In this document: piece after piece, positions 42,350 to 51,431 of the stretch | How positions within the stretch are numbered: position 1 is the stretch's first letter | How the letters are laid out: every line of letters starts with the position of its first letter | Source: Candidatus Omnitrophota bacterium | Lineage (GTDB): Bacteria; Omnitrophota; Gorgyraeia; DTHP01 | Direction of reading: 5' to 3' | DNA length: 64,000 bases | Assembly: GCA_023819145.1 (NCBI GenBank) | Contig: JAMWCW010000001.1 | Span: 66,400 to 130,399, forward strand | Position numbers and translations under genes: made by a program | Notes under the pieces: model-generated | What the model was told of the DNA's origin: nothing | Database searches by the model: none | What the model saw: only the letters and a program-made list of their open reading frames with translations

Positions 42350-43564
42350 ATGAGGCAAATTTTTCGCACACTCTTAACTGCGGTGTTTGTGCTTTTACTT
42401 TTTGTAATGGCTATTGCCTTATTTTATCTTGCTTCGGAAAAAAGAAAAATTACCAATCAATATAATAAAGACCGTGAATTGTGGACCATTAGAAATAACG
42501 CCTTACGGGAGAGCCTTAAGAAGAGTGAGGAAGATATCTTGAATTTAAAGAAAGAGTTGGAAGGTTTAAATGTTGAGTTAAAAAAGGCTAACGATGAATT
42601 AAGTGCATTGAGGTTGAGTTATGAAAATTTGAACAAAGAAAATCTTTCGCTCAATCAGAAAATCAATGTTTATTCGAGAGAAAGGGAAGGGCTTCTGCAA
42701 AAAATTGCACGTCTAGAACAGGATTTACGCATGGTTCAAAACACAAAAGCCCCACAAGAGGAATCTTGGGCGACTCTTTTGAAAGAAAAGGTTGATTTAC
42801 AGATGCGCATAAATGAGGTAGAAGAAAAACTTAAAAATAACCGTTTATTGATTACCCAATTGGAGACAGAACGGAGGAAGTTGGGAGAGCGTTTAAGCGG
42901 GGTTCAACTGGATAAGATTGGCATAGAGAAGAATCTTGGAAGTGGTGGGACTACCAAATCAACTTCTCCCCGTGATATATTGAAGGCAAATTTAGAAAAA
43001 GAAAATATGGAGCAGAAGTTAGCAGACTTGGCAATAGAGAAGGATAATTTGGAAGAGCGGATTATTTCCTTAAAAGAAGAAGTAGATAAAGCCGATGCAG
43101 AGAGAGATGTCCTTAATACCCAGATAGAACGTATAAATCAATTATTGGAAGAGAAGTTAAGCCAGATAAATAAAGTAAGAGAAGAATTGGAAAGTGCGCT
43201 TAAGGAAGCAAAACGCATAGCTCTTGCAGGAACTTCTCCTGTAGAACTCCCTCCGGTGGTAGTAAAGAAAGGAATAGCAGAAGGGACTCAGAAATTACCT
43301 CCGCCACCACGCATTCCTCCTCCCAGAACCGAACAGGCGAATATAGTTTTAGTTAACGAAAAATACAATTTCGTGATTATAAATGTGGGTAAAAGCGAAG
43401 GGGTTGTAGAAGGTATGCTTTTTGACCTCTATGAAAATAAAGAGAACATTGGGCAGATAAAGATAAAAGAAGTCAGAGAAAGACTTTCTGCAGGTGAGAT
43501 TGTAGAATTGAAAAAAGGTAAGAGCATAAAATCTGAAACCACTCTGGCAATATACTCTCCTTGA
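42350..43564 (+). CDS. membrane-anchored coiled-coil protein with the same small C-terminal beta domain as the TolC-like protein
   Basis: It has an N-terminal TM (LLTAVFVLLLFVMAIALFYLAS) and heptad-rich E/K/L sequence. The C-terminus ANIVLVNEKYNFVIINVGKSEGVVEGMLFDLY parallels the end of the 31923 protein. Confidence 0.6.
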   Translation: MRQIFRTLLTAVFVLLLFVMAIALFYLASEKRKITNQYNKDRELWTIRNNALRESLKKSEEDILNLKKELEGLNVELKKANDELSALRLSYENLNKENLSLNQKINVYSREREGLLQKIARLEQDLRMVQNTKAPQEESWATLLKEKVDLQMRINEVEEKLKNNRLLITQLETERRKLGERLSGVQLDKIGIEKNLGSGGTTKSTSPRDILKANLEKENMEQKLADLAIEKDNLEERIISLKEEVDKADAERDVLNTQIERINQLLEEKLSQINKVREELESALKEAKRIALAGTSPVELPPVVVKKGIAEGTQKLPPPPRIPPPRTEQANIVLVNEKYNFVIINVGKSEGVVEGMLFDLYENKENIGQIKIKEVRERLSAGEIVELKKGKSIKSETTLAIYSP

Positions 43565-43700
43565 TATTCTCTTCTGTAACCCGAAATAATGCAAAGAGTT
43601 ATATTTTCTTGCTATTATACGCGTTTTTAATCTAATAAAATTTTTGCAATCAATTTCTTCATCTACCGTTATAAATTTGGAGCACAATTACAATAATTAC

Positions 43701-43728
43701 TTGACAAATATAGAAATTTCAAGATAAT
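43701..43728 (+). promoter_or_regulatory. promoter TTGACA-N16-GATAAT upstream of the MscS gene
   Basis: TTGACA at 43701-43706 and GATAAT at 43723-43728. Confidence 0.5.
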
Positions 43729-43824
43729 CCCTTTTAAGGAAGGGATAATTTATTAGAATAAGCTGTTGTAAAGAATAGTAATACTGTTTCCACCAGATGT
43801 TTTCTTTTGGTTTAGTAAAGGGAG

Positions 43825-44865
43825 GTGATTATTTTGCAGAAGACATATGAGGTTTTATTGCCGGTAGTTATTTTCTTTTTTATCTTTATTCTTGGTTACA
43901 TCGTCAGGAAGTTAATCTTAAATAGATTGACCAAGTGGACAGAAAAGACCAGAACCAGCATCGATGATATTATCGTTTCTTCTATTAAAGGGCCGTTTAT
44001 TATCTGGTGCATTATGTTGGCAGTTTATTCAGCGTTCAAATTTTCTCATTTCTCAGACGAGGTAGTAACTTTTATCGGTAAGGCGCTTCTTTCTTTAGGG
44101 ATTTTATCAGTAACGCTGGTTATCGCAGGTATTGCGACGCGGATAATTAAGCAATATTCTTCAGAAAAAGAAGGAGGATTACCTCTTCCTTCACTTACAG
44201 AGAATATTGTGCGGATAGTAATCTTAGGGATAGGCATACTTGTAATATTGAACAATCTTGGGATATCGATTACCCCGCTTCTTACTGCTTTGGGTATTGG
44301 GGGGCTCGCAGTTGCTTTAGCGCTTCAGGACACACTTTCCAATCTCTTTGCGGGATTTTACATTTCTTTTACTCACCAGATTAGCGTTGGAGATTTTGTA
44401 AAATTGGAATCAGGTGATGAGGGTTATGTCTTAGATATTGGCTGGCGTGCCACAAGAATAAGAATGCTACCCAATAATGTAATTATTATTCCCAATAGTA
44501 AACTGGCGCAGTCTATAATTACCAATTATTATCTTCCGGATAAAGAAATGGCAGTGTTAGTTCCTGTAGGTGTGCATTATAGTAGCGACTTAGATAAGGT
44601 AGAAGAGATAACTATTGAAGTAGCCAAGGAGGTAATGCGTGAAGTAGAGGGAGGGGTTCCAGAGTTTGAACCTTTTATAAGGTATCATACTTTTAATGAT
44701 TTCAGTATAAATTTCAATGTAATCTTAAGAACAAAAGAGGTTGTAAATCAGCATTTAATTAGACATGAATTTATTAAAAGATTGCACAAACGATATAAAA
44801 AAGAGAAAATTGTAATTCCCTATCCCATAAGGGCAATAAATTACGAACAGGAAAAAACAGGGTAA
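43825..44865 (+). CDS. mechanosensitive ion channel, MscS family
   Basis: The pore helix and beta domain read ALQDTLSNLFAGFYISFTHQISVGDFV. The real start may be TTG 43834, 8 nt after agggagg. Confidence 0.75.
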   Translation: MIILQKTYEVLLPVVIFFFIFILGYIVRKLILNRLTKWTEKTRTSIDDIIVSSIKGPFIIWCIMLAVYSAFKFSHFSDEVVTFIGKALLSLGILSVTLVIAGIATRIIKQYSSEKEGGLPLPSLTENIVRIVILGIGILVILNNLGISITPLLTALGIGGLAVALALQDTLSNLFAGFYISFTHQISVGDFVKLESGDEGYVLDIGWRATRIRMLPNNVIIIPNSKLAQSIITNYYLPDKEMAVLVPVGVHYSSDLDKVEEITIEVAKEVMREVEGGVPEFEPFIRYHTFNDFSINFNVILRTKEVVNQHLIRHEFIKRLHKRYKKEKIVIPYPIRAINYEQEKTG

Positions 44866-44882
44866 TAAGGAAAGAAAACATT

Positions 44883-46358
44883 ATGTGGACAAAAGAGAGT
44901 TTAGAAGAGTTGATTAAGACGCGACTGGAAGATTATCTTTTGATTGTAGTTTCTAATCGTGAACCCTATGTGCATACTCTGAAAAAAGGAAAAGTTGTTT
45001 GTCAGAAAGGTGCCGGAGGAGTGATCACTGCTTTAGACCCCGTCATGCGGACATGTAAAGGAATCTGGATTGCCCAAGCCTCTGGTGAAGCCGATAGGAA
45101 AGTAGCCGATAGAGAAGGGAAAGTTAAAGTTCCTCCCGAAGAACCTTTGTATGAATTAAAAAGAGTCTGGTTAAGCAAGGAAGAAGATGAGGGATATTAT
45201 TATGGTTTTTCTAATGAAGCCCTCTGGCCCCTTTGCCATATGGCTTTTATCCGACCTATCTTTAGAGAATCAGATTGGGAGTATTACAAGAAAGTTAATG
45301 AGAAATTTGCCAAAGCAGTACTTGAAGAGACAAAGGGTAAAAAAGCATTTGTTTGGATTCAGGATTATCATCTGGCACTTTTACCTAAATATCTTAAAGA
45401 GGCGCAGTCTAACATTATTACAGCACACTTCTGGCATATCCCTTGGCCCGGTCCTGATGTTTTTAGAATTGCTCCTCACCGTCAGGAGATATTAGAGGGA
45501 CTGCTTGCCAATGACCTCCTCGGTTTCCATATTCGTTATAATTGCGATAATTTCTTGGGTTGTGTAGATAGAGAGCTGGAAGCAAAGATTGACCGTGAAA
45601 GATATTCGGTAATTAAAGGTGGACACGAAACCCTTATAAGACCTTATCCCATAAGCGTAGATTTTCTTGATATTGCCCGAAAAGCTGATTTCCAAGAAGT
45701 GCAGGAACTAATAGGACAACTGCGGGAAGAATTTTCACTTAATTATGAGTTTGTCTGTTTGGGACTTGATCGGATAGATTATACAAAAGGGATTCCTGAA
45801 AGATTACAAGCGGTGGGAAGATTTCTGGATAAATATCCCCAGTATCGGGAAAGGTTTGTCTTTATACAAATGGGAGAAATTTCCCGTTTGCATATTCCCC
45901 AATATAAGCTCCTGAATGATGAACTTAATGCTTTGGTAGAGAAGATAAACTGGAAATATGCTACTGAATATTGGTCACCTATCGTTTTAGTAAGAAGACA
46001 TTTAAGCTATCCGGAACTGCTCGCTTTTTATCGTTTAGGTAACCTCTGTATTGTTTCCTCCTTGCATGATGGGATGAATTTAGTTTCTAAGGAATTTGTA
46101 TCCGCAAGAGTTGATTTGGATGGGGTTTTACTCTTAAGTCAATTTACGGGAGCAGCCAGAGAACTTACAGATAGTATTTTAATCAATCCCTACGATACCG
46201 AAGAATTTGCCGATAAAATCTATCAAGCAGTTAATTTATCTCGGGAGGAGAGAGAAAAAAGAATGTTAAAGATGCGTAAAATTGTAGAGTTTAATAATAT
46301 CTATCGCTGGGCAGGGAAAGTGATTTCTGAACTTTTAAAATTTGAGTTTAAGGAATGA
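44883..46358 (+). CDS. otsA: alpha,alpha-trehalose-phosphate synthase (GT20)
   Basis: Motifs are YYYGFSNEALWPLCH and WIQDYHL, followed by LGLDRIDYTKGI. Confidence 0.85.
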   Translation: MWTKESLEELIKTRLEDYLLIVVSNREPYVHTLKKGKVVCQKGAGGVITALDPVMRTCKGIWIAQASGEADRKVADREGKVKVPPEEPLYELKRVWLSKEEDEGYYYGFSNEALWPLCHMAFIRPIFRESDWEYYKKVNEKFAKAVLEETKGKKAFVWIQDYHLALLPKYLKEAQSNIITAHFWHIPWPGPDVFRIAPHRQEILEGLLANDLLGFHIRYNCDNFLGCVDRELEAKIDRERYSVIKGGHETLIRPYPISVDFLDIARKADFQEVQELIGQLREEFSLNYEFVCLGLDRIDYTKGIPERLQAVGRFLDKYPQYRERFVFIQMGEISRLHIPQYKLLNDELNALVEKINWKYATEYWSPIVLVRRHLSYPELLAFYRLGNLCIVSSLHDGMNLVSKEFVSARVDLDGVLLLSQFTGAARELTDSILINPYDTEEFADKIYQAVNLSREEREKRMLKMRKIVEFNNIYRWAGKVISELLKFEFKE

Positions 46359-47131
46359 AACATTTGGTTAGACACTGGGAAGAGATAAGAGGGATAATAA
46401 AGGACAAAAAGGTTTTTATTTTTCTTGACTACGACGGCACGCTTGCTCCTATTGTAAATACTCCTCAAGAAGCAAAATTGTCTTTGGAAATCAGGGCATC
46501 GCTCCTTAAATTAGTTAAAAAATCCAATTTTAGTCTGGCGGTTATTAGCGGAAGAGAATTGAGGGAAATAAAACAGAGAGTGAATATAAAAGGAATAGTT
46601 TATGCCGGGAATCACGGATTAGAGATAGAAGGGAAGGGAGTAAATTTTAAAGGTTTGGTTTCAGATGATTACCGAAAACTCTTGAAAGAGATTAAGCGGC
46701 GTTTATTAAAAATATTTGCCTCTTTTAAAGGGGTAATAGTTGAAGATAAAGGATTGAGTATAAGTATCCATTATCGCCTTGCAGAGAAGAGTAGAATACC
46801 TTTAATAAAGAAAGAAATTGAGCGGGTTGTAAAGCGATTAAAGGCAAGAAGGAATGTAGAGTTAAAAGAAGGGAAGATGGTTAAAGAGATAATGCCAAAG
46901 GTTAAATGGGATAAAGGCAAGGCAGTTAAGTGGATTCTTGCTAATAAAAAGGGTAATTACTTTCCGATTTATATTGGCGATGATAAAACCGACGAAGATG
47001 CTTTTCGGGTAGTTAGAAAAAAGGGAATTTCTATTTATGTAGGAAAGCCCAAAAGGAGTTTTGCGGAGTATTTTCTATACGATACCCAAGAAGTAAATAA
47101 ATTTTTGAATAAACTTTTATGGTTGAACTAA
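46355..47131 (+). CDS. otsB: trehalose-phosphate phosphatase (HAD family)
   Basis: Motifs are FLDYDGTLAPI, SGR and GDDKTDEDAF. There is a 4-nt ATGA overlap with otsA. Confidence 0.8.
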   Translation: MKHLVRHWEEIRGIIKDKKVFIFLDYDGTLAPIVNTPQEAKLSLEIRASLLKLVKKSNFSLAVISGRELREIKQRVNIKGIVYAGNHGLEIEGKGVNFKGLVSDDYRKLLKEIKRRLLKIFASFKGVIVEDKGLSISIHYRLAEKSRIPLIKKEIERVVKRLKARRNVELKEGKMVKEIMPKVKWDKGKAVKWILANKKGNYFPIYIGDDKTDEDAFRVVRKKGISIYVGKPKRSFAEYFLYDTQEVNKFLNKLLWLN

Positions 47132-47790
47132 CGAGAGCAAAAGAACCATTTAGATTCTATACACGTTTGCATCTGACGGAACTTACTGGTTTTAGGGCGG
47201 TGAACCTTTCACAATTATTAGAGTTGATTAAAGAAATCCCAGGTTCTGCTATCTATCATCATACCCATAGATTCCTGCAACAACATCTTTATCTCTCTCC
47301 CGAACCACCTAATGATTTTGCATACTGGGTGAGAGAATTTCTGGGAGAGGATGAATTAGGAGAAAAACTTGCGAGCATCGATACCTTAGAATTTTCTACC
47401 ATCCGTGCTTTAAGAGAGAAGATAATAGAAATGGTTGAAGTTTATCTTAAGGAGAAACCACGTGCAAGATTGAAGTTTGCTAATGAGGGAGAAGAATTTC
47501 ATTTTGTTAAATCCGTAAGTTTCATCCTCCCTACTCCTTACATTGCCTATGACCTTAAAGAATTTGTAGAAATTATAAAGAAAATTACTATAGATTCCAT
47601 ATACTTTCATATTTTTGAAGCACGTTTACGTCTGGAGAAGGGCAGAAACGATTTTTCTTACTGGATAGAGACCTCGTTGGGAGATAGAGAATTAGCTGAA
47701 GAGATTTCTCAATTTGATCCTTATACAAGGACTCTTGAAGAATTAAGAAAAACTCTCATAAGGATAATTGAAAAGAGAATTAAAATTTAG
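47119..47790 (+). CDS. conserved hypothetical protein made of two repeats of about 100 aa
   Basis: The internal repeat pairs ...IPGSAIYHHTHRF...NDFAYWVREFLGEDELGEKLASID with ...ITIDSIYFHIFEA...NDFSYWIETSLGDRELAEEISQFD. It overlaps otsB by 13 nt. Confidence 0.55.
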   Translation: MVELTRAKEPFRFYTRLHLTELTGFRAVNLSQLLELIKEIPGSAIYHHTHRFLQQHLYLSPEPPNDFAYWVREFLGEDELGEKLASIDTLEFSTIRALREKIIEMVEVYLKEKPRARLKFANEGEEFHFVKSVSFILPTPYIAYDLKEFVEIIKKITIDSIYFHIFEARLRLEKGRNDFSYWIETSLGDRELAEEISQFDPYTRTLEELRKTLIRIIEKRIKI

Positions 47791-47807
47791 AGTTTAGTAT
47801 TTTATAA

Positions 47808-49025
47808 ATGGCAATGGAAAAATTAGAAGCATATATTCCTATTGTGGGAGAATCGGTAATCAATGACCTGCGTCTTCTTGCCAAAAGTCTTAAAGGGAGA
47901 GTTATCCAGAACATAAATTCTACTGCTGTTGGAGGAGGAGTAGCAGAAATTTTAACGCGGATGGTACCTCTTTTGAAGGAGCTCGGCATAGATGCACGAT
48001 GGGATTTAATAAAAGGAGGAGAAGATTTTTTTACCGTAACCAAGAAATTTCACAATGTCTTGCATGGAAGAAAAGAAGAGGTTACCGACAGAGATTTTGA
48101 GATTTTCCTTAAGACAAGTGAAGAAAACATTAAAGAGGTTAATATTGATGGAGACATTATCTTTATTCACGACCCTCAGCCAATTGCCTTGGTAGAGAAG
48201 AAAGGAAATAATAAGTGGCTTTGGCGTTGTCATATTGATGTCTCGCGCCCTGACCTTAAAGTCTGGGATTTTTTAAAAAGATATATTGTAAATTATGACG
48301 CCTGTATTTTTTCTGCTCCTGCTTTTTCCCAGCCTTTGCCTATACGACAATTTCTCATTGCACCCTCTATTGATCCTTTAAGCGATAAAAATAAGGATTT
48401 GCCTCAAGAAATAATTGATTCGGTTCTGAGAAAATATAACATTCCTCAGGATAAGCCGATAATTACCCAGATTTCTCGTTTCGACCGTTTAAAAGACCCT
48501 TTGGGAGTTATTGAGGCATATAGACTGGTTAAAAAATATAATGAGTGTAGACTTATTTTAGCCGGAGGTTTGGCTACCGATGATCCGGAAGGATTGAAAG
48601 TTTATGATGAGCTAAAAGAAAAAGCAGGCAAAGACCCATGTATCCATATTTTGCTTTTGCCTCATTCGGATATCACGGTGAACGCTCTACAAAGGGCTTC
48701 TGACATAATTATTCAAAAATCTCTCCGGGAAGGATTTGGTTTAACAGTAGCCGAGGCGCTTTGGAAAGCAAAGCCAACAGTTGCTTCAGCGGTAGGAGGT
48801 ATTCCTTTACAGATTAAACATAAATATTCTGGTCTTTTGTGCCATTCTGTAGAAGGTGCAGCTTTTGCTCTGAAACAACTATTGAATAGTCCTGATTATG
48901 CAAAGAAACTGGGAGAAAATGGGAAGGAGCATATAAGACAGAATTTTCTTTTGACTCGTCATCTACGCGACTATATGTTGCTTTTTCTTTCGCTTTATCA
49001 TCAGGAAGACATCGTTTATCTTTAA
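47808..49025 (+). CDS. GT4 glycosyltransferase, TreT (trehalose glycosyltransferring synthase)-like
   Basis: The N-terminus NSTAVGGGVAEILTRMVPLLKELGIDARW and FFTVTKKFHNVLHG recall TreT. The C-terminal GT-B motif is SLREGFGLTVAEALWK. Confidence 0.55.
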   Translation: MAMEKLEAYIPIVGESVINDLRLLAKSLKGRVIQNINSTAVGGGVAEILTRMVPLLKELGIDARWDLIKGGEDFFTVTKKFHNVLHGRKEEVTDRDFEIFLKTSEENIKEVNIDGDIIFIHDPQPIALVEKKGNNKWLWRCHIDVSRPDLKVWDFLKRYIVNYDACIFSAPAFSQPLPIRQFLIAPSIDPLSDKNKDLPQEIIDSVLRKYNIPQDKPIITQISRFDRLKDPLGVIEAYRLVKKYNECRLILAGGLATDDPEGLKVYDELKEKAGKDPCIHILLLPHSDITVNALQRASDIIIQKSLREGFGLTVAEALWKAKPTVASAVGGIPLQIKHKYSGLLCHSVEGAAFALKQLLNSPDYAKKLGENGKEHIRQNFLLTRHLRDYMLLFLSLYHQEDIVYL

Positions 49026-49152
49026 AAATTACACTCATCGGTAAAAAATCGGTTTTTTCGTAATTGTTTAGCAAAGTTTATTAGGCAATAACCAATAGGA
49101 CTAAGCTAACATGCTAAACAAACGAACGTACTTATAAAATTTATAATTTTTC

Positions 49153-49180
49153 TTGACATATACATAAAATTATTGATAAT
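49153..49180 (+). promoter_or_regulatory. promoter TTGACA-N16-GATAAT
   Basis: TTGACA at 49153-49158 and GATAAT at 49175-49180. Confidence 0.5.
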
Positions 49181-49206
49181 TAATACTGCCCAAGAAAGGA
49201 GGAGAG

Positions 49207-49659
49207 ATGAAGAATTGTATAATGCTGATAGTGGTAGCTGGTTTTTTATTCTCAGGTTGTGCCACCTCTTCTAAACAAATGGATTTAGAAACGCAGAGAT
49301 TACGGACCCAGATTGGAACACTTGAACAACAGCTTAAAGATAGTGAGAAAGAAATCGAAATTTTGGAGATCCAGTTAGAAAGAGAGAGACAGACGCGAAG
49401 AAATTTAGAAAGGCAGATATTAGCGGAGAAGTCAAAGTTAGCGGATTTTCAGACTTTACCCCGACCTTCGGTGAGAAATATTCAAGAGGCATTACGCAAA
49501 GCAGGTTTTTATGATGGGGCGGTGGATGGGAAATTGGGCCCTAAGACCAAAGAGGCGATTAAGAATTTTCAGAGAAGTAGAGGATTGCAAGTAGATGGCA
49601 TCGTAGGGAAAGCAACTTGGAGAGAATTAGCAAAATATTTAACTGATAAACAGAAATAA
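49207..49659 (+). CDS. lipoprotein with a coiled coil and a C-terminal peptidoglycan-binding (PG_binding_1) domain
   Basis: The RBS is aggagg and the lipobox is LFSGC. The PG-binding region reads ALRKAGFYDGAVDGKLGPKTKEAIKNFQRSRGLQVDGIVG. Confidence 0.7.
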   Translation: MKNCIMLIVVAGFLFSGCATSSKQMDLETQRLRTQIGTLEQQLKDSEKEIEILEIQLERERQTRRNLERQILAEKSKLADFQTLPRPSVRNIQEALRKAGFYDGAVDGKLGPKTKEAIKNFQRSRGLQVDGIVGKATWRELAKYLTDKQK

Positions 49660-49744
49660 CCCCCTGTTATTCCTTTCTATCATCCTTCCATTTTAATTGC
49701 TAAGAGCACTCTCTTTTGTTATATTATTTTTCGCAAAAAGGCAA

Positions 49745-50758
49745 ATGAAAACTAAGCTCTTCAAGATAAACCCTCGTAAGATAGAAATTGATAAAATTAG
49801 AAAAGCAGCCCAGATAATAAAAAAAGGAGGTCTGGTTGCTTTTCCTACAGAGACTGTTTATGGTTTGGGTGCGGATGCTTTTAATAAGCAAGCGATAACC
49901 AAAATTTTTAGAGTAAAGAAACGTCCTTTTAATGACCCGCTGATCGTGCATATTGCAGATAAAAAAGATGTTTTTAAAGTTGCTGATAAAATAGATAAAA
50001 CAGTCTGTAAGATTATAGAGCAATTCTGGCCGGGGCCATTAACGGTAATTTTAAAGAAAGCCAAAGATATTCCCAAAATAGCCACTGCAAACTTAGAGAC
50101 AATAGCTATAAGAATGCCTGCTCATTCAGTTGCTTTGAGTTTGATAAAAGAAGCAAAGACTCCTCTAGTTGCTCCCAGCGCTAATCTCTTTGGAAAGCTT
50201 TCACCTACAACAGCAGAAGATGTTTTGGAAGATTTGAGAGGGAAAATAGACTTAGTCCTTGATGCGGGAAAAACGGTTGTGGGGATAGAGTCCACTATTT
50301 TAGACCTCACGCGGCGACCTTTTTCCGTATTACGTTTCGGAGGAGTTTCTTTAGAAGAACTTAAAAGAGTAATTCCTGAATTTAGGTTGTATAAAGAAAA
50401 AGAGATTCTTGCTCCGGGGATGTTTATACGCCATTATTCCCCTCGGGCAAAGTTGATTGTGGTAGAGGAAGGCAAAGGACAAATAGGGAAGGTTAAGAAA
50501 ATGGTTTATAAATTTTTGCGGGAAAGGAAGAAAGTAGGGATAATGGCGAAGGCAGAACACCGGTCTCAATATCGCAACTTTAAAGTAAAATTTCTGGGAA
50601 GAGGCAATGATTTTTCTTCCTGCGCAAGCAATCTTTTTGCTCTATTGCGTGAGTTTGATAGAGAGAAATTTGAGATAATTATTGCCGAAGGCGTTAAAGA
50701 AAAGGGTTTGGGCAGGGCAATTATGGAGAGATTAAGAAAGGCTCAAGGAGATGGTTAA
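49745..50758 (+). CDS. tsaC: L-threonylcarbamoyladenylate synthase (YrdC domain plus Sua5 C-terminal domain)
   Basis: Motifs are GGLVAFPTETVYGLGADA and PSANLFG, with a Sua5-type tail. I prefer ATG 49745 over the TTG at 49697. Confidence 0.8.
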   Translation: MKTKLFKINPRKIEIDKIRKAAQIIKKGGLVAFPTETVYGLGADAFNKQAITKIFRVKKRPFNDPLIVHIADKKDVFKVADKIDKTVCKIIEQFWPGPLTVILKKAKDIPKIATANLETIAIRMPAHSVALSLIKEAKTPLVAPSANLFGKLSPTTAEDVLEDLRGKIDLVLDAGKTVVGIESTILDLTRRPFSVLRFGGVSLEELKRVIPEFRLYKEKEILAPGMFIRHYSPRAKLIVVEEGKGQIGKVKKMVYKFLRERKKVGIMAKAEHRSQYRNFKVKFLGRGNDFSSCASNLFALLREFDREKFEIIIAEGVKEKGLGRAIMERLRKAQGDG

Positions 50759-51431
50759 TCTTTTTTTATTTTTAACGATTTTTTTCTTTAGTACCGATAT
50801 TAATGCCGAAGATTTTTCCTTAGCAAGAGAAAGAATGGTTAAAGAGCAGATTGAAATAAGAGGAATAAAAAACCCTCGACTTTTGGAGGTAATGCGTAAA
50901 GTAGAAAGACACCTTTTTGTTCCTTCTTCCTATAGAATGTTTGCTTATGAAGATAGCCCCCTTCCCATCGGTTTTGGACAAACTATTTCTCAGCCGTATA
51001 TTGTGGCTTTAATGACAGAATTATTGGATTTAAAGGGTACGGAAAAGGTCTTAGAAATTGGGACTGGATCCGGTTATCAGGCAGCAATTTTAGCAGAGCT
51101 CGCCAAAGAAGTTTACACCATAGAAATCATCAAACCCTTGGCAGAGAAAGCAGAGGAGTTGCTTAAAGATTTGGGTTACGCTAATATCTTTGTAAAATAT
51201 GGAGACGGATTTTTAGGTTGGCCAGATAAAGCCCCTTTTGAGGCAATAATTGTAACCTGTGCACCTCCAGAGATTCCTCCTCCTCTAATTGAGCAGTTAG
51301 TGGAAGGAGGAAGATTGGTTATTCCCGTTGGAGAAGACTGGCAGATTTTAAAGCGCGTAGAAAAGAGAGAAGGGAAGGTTTTTATAAAGGATATTATCCC
51401 GGTGATTTTTGTTCCCATGATGAGAGATTGA
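50751..51431 (+). CDS. pcm: protein-L-isoaspartate O-methyltransferase, with a possible signal peptide
   Basis: Motifs are QTISQPYIVALM and VLEIGTGSGYQAAILAEL. The N-terminus MVNLFLFLTIFFFSTDINAE is hydrophobic. Confidence 0.8.
   Translation: MVNLFLFLTIFFFSTDINAEDFSLARERMVKEQIEIRGIKNPRLLEVMRKVERHLFVPSSYRMFAYEDSPLPIGFGQTISQPYIVALMTELLDLKGTEKVLEIGTGSGYQAAILAELAKEVYTIEIIKPLAEKAEELLKDLGYANIFVKYGDGFLGWPDKAPFEAIIVTCAPPEIPPPLIEQLVEGGRLVIPVGEDWQILKRVEKREGKVFIKDIIPVIFVPMMRD

Noticed and set aside
45187-45495. Same-strand alternative-frame ORFs inside genes: 45187-45495, 51639-51893, 25473-25655 and 16805-17002.
   Set aside because: They are embedded in strongly supported reading frames (otsA, the spermidine-synthase-like gene, the giant protein, PpsA-C). 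They have no independent start signals.
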